From the IMG/VR virus record IMGVR_UViG_3300044630_007263: a stretch of DNA of 64,000 nucleotides, one strand, 5' to 3'. Each line of letters starts with the position of its first letter. Position 1 is the stretch's first letter. Origin of the DNA: an uncultured virus (IMG/VR IMGVR_UViG_3300044630_007263) (taxonomy: Duplodnaviria; Heunggongvirae; Uroviricota; Caudoviricetes). The position numbers and the translations under genes were made by a program. Below are positions 39,252 through 47,835 of this stretch, in pieces. The notes under the pieces are model-generated. The model saw nothing but the letters and a program-made list of their open reading frames with translations, did not search any database and was not told the origin of the DNA.

Positions 39252-39366
39252 CGCAGAAATCCAACACAACGACGACTTGCAAATAAAGCATTCTAGTAAT
39301 AGAAGCAGTCATCCAAACAAGGGTTTGGAACGTGCACTGGTTGACAGCTTGGAAAGACAGCAATTT

Positions 39367-39438
39367 GCGGATGTCGTATAATGGCCATTACTCCAGTCTT
39401 CCAAACTGGAGATGAGAGTTCGATTCTCTCCATCCGCT
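39367..39438 (+). tRNA. tRNA-Gly(TCC)
   Basis: Cloverleaf. Confidence 0.93.
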
Positions 39439-39493
39439 CAAAAATTTTTTAGGTATATTAAAAACTATTATTAACTAAGTAATACAATAAAAC

Positions 39494-39922
39494 ATGAATA
39501 TCACAAAAGCACTTAAACAGAAAAACAAATTAGTTTCAAAAACTAATGAGTACATTTCGCATGTTTCAGCGTACAACTCTATTCAAGAAGGAACTACACG
39601 TCCTTATGATGCAAAGGAAGCGTTGGAAAAAGCAATGACATCGGTTGATGAATTAGTTGCATTAAAAACAGCTATTCACAAAGCTAATGCAAAGGTTTAT
39701 GATAAAATCTTTAGATTAGCTGAACTAAAATCTTTGGTTTCTAAATTGAAAGGTTTAGACTGCAAAGAAGGAATGCACCAATCATATCGAATGGATTCTC
39801 CAGTGAAGTACACTTCACAAATCTCAATCGTTGAAAAAGATCAATTGATTGAAAAATTGGAGTCTCAAATCGAGATGTTGCAAGAGGAGCTAGAAGCTCA
39901 CAATGCAAAAACCAAAATTTAA
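39494..39922 (+). CDS. Coiled-coil protein, DIP1984-like
   Basis: MNITKALKQKNKL...LKTAIHKAN...LQEELEAHN pattern. Confidence 0.55.
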   Translation: MNITKALKQKNKLVSKTNEYISHVSAYNSIQEGTTRPYDAKEALEKAMTSVDELVALKTAIHKANAKVYDKIFRLAELKSLVSKLKGLDCKEGMHQSYRMDSPVKYTSQISIVEKDQLIEKLESQIEMLQEELEAHNAKTKI

Positions 39923-40214
39923 AATATAGGGGAGAGAAAAGAGTGAAGAGGAATCGGTAGCATATGACTGCACGTCATTTACATACTTATTCTAGCAATC
40001 CAATTGATGTTAAGACAGGGACTCTGAATTTAAAATTCAAGATTTAAGAAATTCAAAAATGGCACCTATCAACATTTAACACTCTTTTAGCGAAAATTTT
40101 TTCGGATCTCTTTTCAAACCCTTAATTTTTTTTTACTTATTTAAACCAAAATCAAATAAAGTAGGTATAATAAATAAGTAACACAAACAAGTTCTTTGAA
40201 TCTTATTGATATAT

Positions 40215-41065
40215 GTAGCCTAGCTTGCTAGGTTGCAAAACGGTCGCCTATGATCGTCAAATAAACCTGGAAACAGGTATAAAGTGGAGCTATATGACTT
40301 ATCAGCTCTGCGGTTTCGCAAGGAACTCGAGTAGGCAAGCGGGATATCAGAAGTCCTAAGTATCTGAGGGTAACACTGTAGGAGAACTGGAATGCTGACT
40401 AGGCGATGTGGGTCGTTTAGTTGAGAGGGGAACCTCAATAAGATTAACTCGTAGGATATTTGCAAGGAGTGGAATCATCCGACTCCATGATTGCGAACTC
40501 CAATTTAATGGGAGCCTTAAAGTCGAAAGACAAGTTGATGTACAGGTGGTGCTGTTATTAACCTTATCATCAGTCTACCAAGACTGCAGTTAAGAGGAAT
40601 CCGGAAAAATTGAGGTAGGGATATCTCAGAGAGTAGTTAAGTATCGACCCTGACAAAATCGGGGCTGGCCTAGTGACGAGCCACTACTTTCACAATCCAC
40701 AGAGTCAATAAACTTTGGAAATAAAAAGTTCTTTTGGTGAATAACTAAAATCCATTTTAAAACAAAGCTTAAGCGCTCGTCAGCTGCGAACGAAAGGTGC
40801 CTACCTAGTAACTGGTTGTCAGTTGCCGTAAAGGATCGCAAGTCCAATACGAGTTCTCAGAAAAATCTATAGCCTCGCAAGGGTTAACGGGATCGGCAGA
40901 TTCTGGTAGATATAATATGAGGAGAGTAGTTCAAACCCGCAGCTCAAGGAGTGGTACACCTAAAAAACCGGCACTGTTAGAGTAGAGATCAAAAGTCTCT
41001 GGATAAGTAGGGAAACAATAATCCTATGTAAAGATCTAACGTTAAAACGTATAATCTCAGCGTTT
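40215..41065 (+). ncRNA. Large structured ncRNA, probable GOLLD RNA
   Basis: ~850 nt, GC-richer, no credible ORF, multiple GCAA/GAAA-capped hairpins, inside phage tRNA array; family call from length and context. Confidence 0.65.
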
Positions 41066-41108
41066 TTCTTTTTTACTTTCCAACAATCACATCTTGAAAA
41101 TATTATAG

Positions 41109-41183
<75 letters not shown>

Positions 41184-41190
41184 AAAAAGA

Positions 41191-41213
41191 AAAAGCCGCT
41201 TAATGAGGCTTTT
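41191..41213. terminator. Bidirectional terminator
   Basis: AAAAGCC...GGCTTTT between convergent units. Confidence 0.65.
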
Positions 41214-41214
41214 G

Positions 41215-41391
41215 TTATTTACAGGCTTTTAAAAAGTCTTCGTAGTTTAAGATAATCTTTTCTCGCTTTAATTGCTTAACCATATTGGTTGCAATCTCTT
41301 CTCGATTATCTTTGTCCCTTACTTGTTTTATAATATCGACTATTCCGTCGACCATATCTTTATCTTGGGGTTTAATATCTCTAATCTTCAT
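41215..41391 (-). CDS. Small hypothetical protein (58 aa, not in ORF track)
   Basis: MKIRDIKPQDKDMVDGIVDII...; 1 nt after upstream stop. Confidence 0.6.
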   Translation of the reverse strand: MKIRDIKPQDKDMVDGIVDIIKQVRDKDNREEIATNMVKQLKREKIILNYEDFLKACK

Positions 41392-41392
41392 A

Positions 41393-42304
41393 TTATGCTA
41401 ATGATTGTGCATAGTCTAGAGCTCTAGCAAAACCCTGAGCCTTAACTCCGCTTGTAATATCTGAACCCCAACCCGCAGTTGATCTAACATAATCAGTTAC
41501 GGCAGATTCTAAATCACTAAAGTTATTTAGGTTTTTATTTGCTCGTTTAAAACTATCGATATAATAAAGAATTGCAAATTCTGCTGCAATCGCTGGATCT
41601 TCCAACTGTTCTGGATTATCAACTATATCGATTGTATCATTAGTTTCGAGTTTACCAATTTCATTGTATACTTTTTGAAGATTGATATAATTACTTTTAA
41701 ATGTAATTCCATTAAATCCGCGACCCCTATATCTTTCGCCATCGCCCGGTTCAGAATTCCCATATTTTGAGCCTCTTCCAGTTGGATCGGTTGGTCCATA
41801 TACTCTATCCCAAAACTTAGTTGGATTAGCTTTTAATGCATCAAGTTGAGAATCTGATAATTCTGAAACTCTTGATCCAAATACTTCTCTAATTCTAGAG
41901 TTGGAAGTTTTACTATAGTCAACTTCAGGTCTTAGATCTGGAGATTCCTTTGATACTACTCCAAGAATAGCCTTTCTTGCAAATTCATTTGTAATTCCAT
42001 GTCTATCCATGGCTGCTTCTAATGCGGCAATGTGTTCTTCTGGAATTTTTCCGCTATTTGATTTAAAAGCTTTAGAAGATTTTGGTTCTTCCTTTTTGTC
42101 AGTTTCTATTCCTAGTGTATCTGCAATTTTATCTACAACAGTACCAGCTAATGTCTTTACGCCGGTTAATGCAGCCTTTGCATCTGCTCCTAATTCTGGA
42201 GTCTCTGCTCCTACGCCAGTAACTAATGATTGCATCCACTCTCCCCAAGAACCAGCTTCTGAAACGTTCTTCCAACCTTTAAAATTTTTAATGTGATTTC
42301 CCAT
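41393..42304 (-). CDS. GH19-like lysozyme/chitinase-fold protein with capsid-targeting-like leader
   Basis: VSKES, GNSEPGDGERYRGRGFNGITFKSNY, IVDNPE. Confidence 0.8.
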   Translation of the reverse strand: MGNHIKNFKGWKNVSEAGSWGEWMQSLVTGVGAETPELGADAKAALTGVKTLAGTVVDKIADTLGIETDKKEEPKSSKAFKSNSGKIPEEHIAALEAAMDRHGITNEFARKAILGVVSKESPDLRPEVDYSKTSNSRIREVFGSRVSELSDSQLDALKANPTKFWDRVYGPTDPTGRGSKYGNSEPGDGERYRGRGFNGITFKSNYINLQKVYNEIGKLETNDTIDIVDNPEQLEDPAIAAEFAILYYIDSFKRANKNLNNFSDLESAVTDYVRSTAGWGSDITSGVKAQGFARALDYAQSLA

Positions 42305-42385
42305 TAATAATTGAGTTATTTCTATAAATATTTATCTTCGACTGATAACCCAGTTAATAAACTTAGTATAATAACTTAGTTAAAT

Positions 42386-42474
42386 GCCGACGTGATGAAA
42401 TAGGTAGACATGAGAGACTTAAAATCTCTTGGGCCGTAATGCCCGTGCCGGTTCGACTCCGGCCGTCGGTACCA
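42386..42474 (+). tRNA. tRNA-Leu(TAA)
   Basis: Long variable arm, encoded CCA. Confidence 0.95.
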
Positions 42475-42491
42475 AAAATAACCTCAACTAA

Positions 42492-42779
42492 ATGTCAGAG
42501 GATCTTACTAAAGAAGAGCAAGGTAAAATACTTGCTGAAATGATGAGATTAGATCAAGAAGCTGGTTTATATGACGAGCCATTTGATAATCCACTAGTCA
42601 AAGAAAAATTAAAGGATTCAAACTATTATAAATTTGCAGGTATTGCACCAGACGGATTTGTGCTAGTTCCACACGAAGTTATCGATATATTAGATGATTT
42701 TGAAGAGTGGAAAGATTTTAAATATAGAAAGCTTGAATGGATAGAAGAAAAATCTAAACAAGTTTTAAGAGTAAAATAA
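42492..42779 (+). CDS. Hypothetical protein
   Basis: ORF track. Confidence 0.6.
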   Translation: MSEDLTKEEQGKILAEMMRLDQEAGLYDEPFDNPLVKEKLKDSNYYKFAGIAPDGFVLVPHEVIDILDDFEEWKDFKYRKLEWIEEKSKQVLRVK

Positions 42780-42792
42780 AATAAAGAAAACA

Positions 42793-43065
42793 ATGATTAA
42801 CGTAATTTATTTTTCAGCACCATGGTGTGGACCGTGCAGAACGTTTGGACCAGTTATGGAAAGGGTTGCTGAACATTTTAGTGAAAACTCTTTAGTTGAA
42901 ATTACTAAAGTAAATGCAGATGAAGATCCAGATACAGCCGCTCTGCATGGAATTAGATCAATTCCAGCATTAGTCTATTTAAAGGATAGCGAAACTGCAT
43001 ACCAGTCAGTTGGCGTAAAAGCGCAAGCTGATATTATTGAAAAAATTAATGAGCTACTAGCTTAG
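42793..43065 (+). CDS. trxA: Thioredoxin
   Basis: FSAPWCGPC, IRSIP. Confidence 0.92.
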   Translation: MINVIYFSAPWCGPCRTFGPVMERVAEHFSENSLVEITKVNADEDPDTAALHGIRSIPALVYLKDSETAYQSVGVKAQADIIEKINELLA

Positions 43066-43069
43066 TCCT

Positions 43070-44113
43070 ATGAGTGAACCAATTTTAGGAGTACATGCAT
43101 TCTATTCAAGCGATGTTGATGAAGGAAAGTTTAAATCTGTAGAATTACTTTGCCAATTGGCATCTGCTCTATACTGGAGAAAAAACTTTGGCCCAATGGG
43201 ATTATACATTAGTCCAGAAAGGGAATCTCAAGTATTTCATTATGGCCTACATAATGCATATTCATTCGTTGATACAATTCATCATGAACAAGTATTAATG
43301 AACGGTAGCCCTAGATTTTGGGCATATCCGAAACTGATGATAGCTAAGCACCTTTCCCGAGACTTTGATAAGTTTTGCATATTGGACACAGACCTATACA
43401 TCAAATCCAGATATAACTTTAGTATAGACGCTCCGATTTTAACATTTCATTATGAGGAAATCGATCCAATTAAATATCCAGACGTTGAATATGTTAGTGG
43501 GCCTAGCATATATGAATTAGCTGAAATTGAAAGTCCAATTACTAATTGGGACAATAAAGCAACTAACACTGCAATTCTGTATTTAAATAAGGTTGCTCCA
43601 TTTGTACACGAATGGATGGATCATGTTGATTCAATTATTGAAAACAGTCATAAATGGGAAACTCTTCCTGGAGCCGGCGATATGATTTTTGTTGAACAAT
43701 ATTTATTGCCGAGTTTAGCAAAGGAACGTGGCATTAATATACAGACATATTTAAATTCAAGCTGGATTCCTGGACCAAAGGTCGATGTTATGCACATTTC
43801 GGCAGATATGTATGGGTGGATTCACAATGAGCCCATTGAAGAAGCTAAAGAAAAATTTGATAATGTTTTTCATATCTGGGGACTAAAGCATAACTTAAAT
43901 TATGCAATAGTTCGACAAGCAGTATTAGGCAGAATTCTAAGTGATTTAGATAAAGATTTTCCAGAAATTGATAAGTCTTATCCGGTTTTATTAGCAGAGG
44001 CTAGAGAATTGTTTAAAGACCAAAAAGACTATTACTTAGGTATATTAGATTCAGATAAACCTAAAGAAAGAAAAAATGGAAAATCAAAAAAACTTCGCCC
44101 AACAACTAATTGA
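43070..44113 (+). CDS. Glycosyltransferase-like protein
   Basis: FWAYPKL, ILDTD (DxD), NTAIL, VEQYLL, HIWG. Confidence 0.5.
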   Translation: MSEPILGVHAFYSSDVDEGKFKSVELLCQLASALYWRKNFGPMGLYISPERESQVFHYGLHNAYSFVDTIHHEQVLMNGSPRFWAYPKLMIAKHLSRDFDKFCILDTDLYIKSRYNFSIDAPILTFHYEEIDPIKYPDVEYVSGPSIYELAEIESPITNWDNKATNTAILYLNKVAPFVHEWMDHVDSIIENSHKWETLPGAGDMIFVEQYLLPSLAKERGINIQTYLNSSWIPGPKVDVMHISADMYGWIHNEPIEEAKEKFDNVFHIWGLKHNLNYAIVRQAVLGRILSDLDKDFPEIDKSYPVLLAEARELFKDQKDYYLGILDSDKPKERKNGKSKKLRPTTN

Positions 44114-44405
44114 AAAAGCATCAGCTTTACTTAAGCGGCTTGGAACAGTTGTAGTTTTAGCTAGTGCACTAATCTCTGGATTTTGTATTGGTTACTATTA
44201 CGAACTAGCCCTAAACAAAGTCAAAGGAGAGGCTTGGAGAGAAGCAAAAACTCTTAAAAATACGTCAGTTGCCGTAAATGAAAAAGAAGATTTGCTAATT
44301 ATTGATAGAAAGACTGGGGTTTATACAATCTATTCAGATTCAATTGGACGTGTTATTTTTAACATATATGCACAAAAGGCATATGTAAATGCTACTGGCC
44401 ACTAA
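44076..44405 (+). CDS. Single-TM hypothetical protein
   Basis: ORF track. Confidence 0.6.
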   Translation: MENQKNFAQQLIEKASALLKRLGTVVVLASALISGFCIGYYYELALNKVKGEAWREAKTLKNTSVAVNEKEDLLIIDRKTGVYTIYSDSIGRVIFNIYAQKAYVNATGH

Positions 44406-44415
44406 TATTAAAAAT

Positions 44416-44916
44416 ATGGGAGTAAAATCATTTAAAACTCTCATTGTATTGGCTGGAATTTTAGCATTCGGTTTCCTTTGGAGACTATTAAATACCGAAA
44501 AACCTAAAGAGCTAAGCAGCGGAACAATCAATGAGAAGTCACCGCCAAGTTTAGCTCTTTATTATTATTTAGAGAAATACTCTGAAGAATACGGTGTTCC
44601 GTTCCACATTGCAATGGGAGTTGCTCGAGAAGAAACAGGTTATAAAGGACCATTTCATTGGAAATATAATCCTAAATTAACATCATCGGCTGCCGCATAC
44701 GGCGCAATGCAGATACAGGTTCCAACTGCAAATTTTATATGGGATGCACCTGTTACAAAAAAGCAATTGTTGAATAATCTTGAACTAAATGTTCAAATCT
44801 CAATGAAACTTTTGGCGTATTTGTATAAAAGATATGATAGTTGGCCAGTTGCTCTTGGCTGTTATAATACAGGAAGACCTCTTGTCAATGATTATGCTAG
44901 ACGCATAGTTAAATAA
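44416..44916 (+). CDS. Membrane-anchored lytic transglycosylase (SLT)
   Basis: REETG, AYGAMQI, ALGCYNTG; start moved to MGVKSF. Confidence 0.85.
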   Translation: MGVKSFKTLIVLAGILAFGFLWRLLNTEKPKELSSGTINEKSPPSLALYYYLEKYSEEYGVPFHIAMGVAREETGYKGPFHWKYNPKLTSSAAAYGAMQIQVPTANFIWDAPVTKKQLLNNLELNVQISMKLLAYLYKRYDSWPVALGCYNTGRPLVNDYARRIVK

Positions 44917-44927
44917 AGTAAAGCACT

Positions 44928-45065
44928 ATGGAAAACTGGGATCCAAATGAACATCAAGGTCGTAGTAAAAAACAGGTCGAAGGTCATCAAGAAATAGTGG
45001 CGATAGTATTAATTACTGGAGCCTTTGCTGCACTTGTTGCCCTTATAATTAAAATCTTATTCTAA
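44928..45065 (+). CDS. Small single-TM peptide (45 aa, not in ORF track)
   Basis: MENWDPNEHQGRSKKQVEG...; TAATG coupling to next gene. Confidence 0.6.
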   Translation: MENWDPNEHQGRSKKQVEGHQEIVAIVLITGAFAALVALIIKILF

Positions 45066-45304
45066 TGAAAGAAACTGCTAAAGCAAAACTGCACTCATTC
45101 CTAAACATCATATTTTATGTAATGGTTGGGGTAAATTTTATTGTTCCAATTTCTTTGCTCACGCTTTGTTCAATTGCGTTAGGTCATCTTGAAAATCAAC
45201 ACTGGTCAATTGAATGGGCAGTTAAGATTTCGTTATGTCTTGCAGTTGTTGAAACTTGTGCACAGCTAATCAGAACAGTAAAACTTTTTAGGAATAAAAA
45301 GTAA
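45065..45304 (+). CDS. Two-TM membrane protein
   Basis: ORF track. Confidence 0.6.
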   Translation: MKETAKAKLHSFLNIIFYVMVGVNFIVPISLLTLCSIALGHLENQHWSIEWAVKISLCLAVVETCAQLIRTVKLFRNKK

Positions 45305-45313
45305 ATAATACTG

Positions 45314-46236
45314 AAGAAGAGAGAATTAGAGCCTCTCCTTGTTCGCCTCGGGTTAATAGCCCTTGAATGATCTTACGGTCATAAAGAGGTAAGCAAAAAA
45401 TATAAATCTAAAATGTATACACTACAAGAACAAAAGCGGTGTTCGGTGAATATCACCAGCAACAAGAATCGTATTAAACAATACGAAAGCTCTGTCTACC
45501 TAAAAGACGGACAACAATTTGAACTGGAAATTTTTAATCCTCACCAGTGCAAAGTATTAGCAAAAATTTCAATTAATGGTAAAGCAATTTCTCAAGCTGG
45601 ACTAGTTATTAGACCTGGCCAAAGAATTTATCTTGAGCGCTATATTGATGTTGCTAAAAAATTTAAGTTTGAAACGTATGAAGTCGAAGATTCAGATGAC
45701 GCTAAGGAGGCAATTGCTAAAAATGGCGAAGTTAAAGTTGAATTCTACTATGAACAAAACTTAAGAGGAAATTACTGGTATGGTAATTCCATGACAATTA
45801 ATTCAAATAATTGGAATGGCTCACATACTACTACAATTAATCCAAATACCTTTTTTACAACAACTGGAACTAGACAGCTTGGATCAAACATAACTTATAC
45901 TAGTTCAAATAGTATCGGTAGTGTTAGTTATGGTGGAACCACTGTTAATAATATCTCAATGCCAGTTGCAGGTTCTCTTGAAACAGGAAGAGTTGAAGAA
46001 GGCTCTAAGTCAAAACAACAATTCTCTCAGGATAATGGTACTTATAATTATTGGGTTAATGAAACTGTAATTATAAAACTACTGCCCCTTTCCAAAAAAC
46101 CATTGGAAGTTGCTGAAATACGTAACTACTGTGGTGGATGCGGCTCACGTATTAAAAAATCTAGTTGGAAGTTTTGCCCTAGCTGTGGCGAATCTTTAGA
46201 CTAAAAATCGAACAGAGAGGCTCTAACTCACTTCTT
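45314..46236. repeat. Imperfect ~30-bp inverted repeats flanking gene 45413..46204
   Basis: 45314-45345 complementary to 46209-46236. Confidence 0.8.
45413..46204 (+). CDS. Hypothetical protein with C-terminal zinc ribbon
   Basis: YCGGCG...FCPSCG; N/S/T-rich middle. Confidence 0.75.
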   Translation: MYTLQEQKRCSVNITSNKNRIKQYESSVYLKDGQQFELEIFNPHQCKVLAKISINGKAISQAGLVIRPGQRIYLERYIDVAKKFKFETYEVEDSDDAKEAIAKNGEVKVEFYYEQNLRGNYWYGNSMTINSNNWNGSHTTTINPNTFFTTTGTRQLGSNITYTSSNSIGSVSYGGTTVNNISMPVAGSLETGRVEEGSKSKQQFSQDNGTYNYWVNETVIIKLLPLSKKPLEVAEIRNYCGGCGSRIKKSSWKFCPSCGESLD

Positions 46237-46267
46237 TTTAGTATAATATCTTTATAAATTTACAGAA

Positions 46268-46609
46268 ATGGAAAATCTATTAAATCAAGTATTAGGCTGG
46301 CCTGGCCATATTGTATCAGGTAGCAAAAGCGGTTATCGCGAAAATAACCCTGGTAATTTAGTAATTTTTAATTCTAATGTATGTACAGATGAGGGCAAGA
46401 TTTGGTGGGGAGATATTGACATTACACTTAGCAAAGATGACTTAAGCGAAATCGCAATAGCTGAAGGAAAAACTATCTATGTTCTTTATGAAATGGATGG
46501 ACGTTTTGAAAATGAAGACTCTCCTAAATTAAATCAAGCCGTTGTTAGGTTTTTGCCAGATGGTTTGGTTATAATACGTGAAGATCTTCAAAAGTATTAT
46601 TCAATTTAA
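46268..46609 (+). CDS. Hypothetical phage protein
   Basis: ORF track. Confidence 0.65.
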   Translation: MENLLNQVLGWPGHIVSGSKSGYRENNPGNLVIFNSNVCTDEGKIWWGDIDITLSKDDLSEIAIAEGKTIYVLYEMDGRFENEDSPKLNQAVVRFLPDGLVIIREDLQKYYSI

Positions 46610-46610
46610 C

Positions 46611-46684
46611 GGTCCTTTAGCTCAGTTGGTTAGAGCAGCTCGCTCATAACGAGAAGGTCACAGGTTCGAGTCCTGTATGGACCA
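46611..46684 (+). tRNA. tRNA(CAT), probably Ile2 (lysidine type)
   Basis: GGTCCTT acceptor, CTCATAA loop. Confidence 0.8.
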
Positions 46685-46703
46685 CTAACTTTTAATAATT
46701 TAT

Positions 46704-46937
46704 ATGAAAATAGCATCAACACTCGGTCTAGTTATACTATATTTTTTAGTGACCGTTGGCGTAGTCTCAACAATTGAAGAGGCTTTTATCCTAATGAATA
46801 ACTCTAGTATACTCTCATTTATTGGAGGACTTGCACTATTAATGCTAGTTACTGCATTCGTTATTGCATTAGCTGCACACATAGTTAATGAATACAATCA
46901 CGCTAAATCAGAAAATGAAAACCACCGATCTACTTAA
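46704..46937 (+). CDS. Two-TM membrane protein
   Basis: ORF track. Confidence 0.55.
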   Translation: MKIASTLGLVILYFLVTVGVVSTIEEAFILMNNSSILSFIGGLALLMLVTAFVIALAAHIVNEYNHAKSENENHRST

Positions 46938-47418
46938 AATAATAGAATCTGAGCCAAACAAAGTTAAATTATTAATTGAAACACTAGATCAGCTTAAGAC
47001 AGATTTAGGTTTTCAGCAAGACTTGTTAACTCCAGGTTTTATTAAAGAATGGATGATTGCTGAAATTCTTGGTCATAAGTGTCATACTACTAAACATGGA
47101 GCAGATGCTTATTCTCAATGTGGTAAGGAACAATATGAATACTTATCATGTAAAGAGGGAGGAGGATTTCAATTAGATAGAATTCACGATGGTAATTTAA
47201 TTAGAATAACCCGAAACTCAGCATTTTTCTTTGCAGAGTTTGATGTAAAAAGCGGATTAATTTGTCAACGTATCTGGAAAGGATCAACTCAAGTTTTTTT
47301 GAATGAGGCTCTACGTAAATTAGAAAAAATGTCAGCTTCATCGAATCACTTAACCTTTCCAGTTAAATGGGTAAAACATAATTGCGAATTAGTATATTTA
47401 AACCCAGATATAACTTAA
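46915..47418 (+). CDS. Hypothetical protein, possible PD-(D/E)xK-like nuclease
   Basis: E...HGADAY...YEYLSCK; start moved to MKTTDLL. Confidence 0.4.
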   Translation: MKTTDLLKIIESEPNKVKLLIETLDQLKTDLGFQQDLLTPGFIKEWMIAEILGHKCHTTKHGADAYSQCGKEQYEYLSCKEGGGFQLDRIHDGNLIRITRNSAFFFAEFDVKSGLICQRIWKGSTQVFLNEALRKLEKMSASSNHLTFPVKWVKHNCELVYLNPDIT

Positions 47419-47419
47419 T

Positions 47420-47833
47420 ATGAAAAATTTAATTTTAGTAAGAGGAATCCCAGGTTCAGGTAAAAGTACAACTGCAAACCTATTAGGAGCAAACGCAAGT
47501 GGATGCGCTCACTTTGAAGCAGATCAATATTTTATTGAGGATGGGGTTTATAAATTTGATCCAGCTAAAATTAAAGATGCTCATAGGTGGTGCAAAGATA
47601 GTGTTGAACAGGCGATGCTCCTAAACCATACTACTGGACATAATAGTACAATTATTGTATCTAATACCTTTACACAAGAGTGGGAAATGGAGGCATACTT
47701 TGATTTAGCTAAACAGTGGAACTATCGAGTTACTTCCCTAATTGTAGAAAATCGACATGGTGGTGTAAATATACATGGTGTGCCTGATGATAAGTTAGAA
47801 CAAATGAAAAATCGTTTTGAAATAAAATTATAA
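47420..47833 (+). CDS. P-loop kinase (AAA_33/polynucleotide-kinase-like)
   Basis: RGIPGSGKST, EADQY, VSNTF, HGVP. Confidence 0.8.
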   Translation: MKNLILVRGIPGSGKSTTANLLGANASGCAHFEADQYFIEDGVYKFDPAKIKDAHRWCKDSVEQAMLLNHTTGHNSTIIVSNTFTQEWEMEAYFDLAKQWNYRVTSLIVENRHGGVNIHGVPDDKLEQMKNRFEIKL

Positions 47834-47835
47834 AA

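Noticed and set aside
35892..40847. Short ORFs across the tRNA array and large RNA (e.g. 35892-, 38061-, 38489-, 38903-, 39163+, 40220-, 40408+, 40626-)
   Set aside because: They overlap clear tRNAs or structured RNA and are translation artefacts.
45314..46236. IS or MITE defined by the inverted repeats
   Set aside because: No transposase motif, no evident target duplication, and the repeats contain indels.
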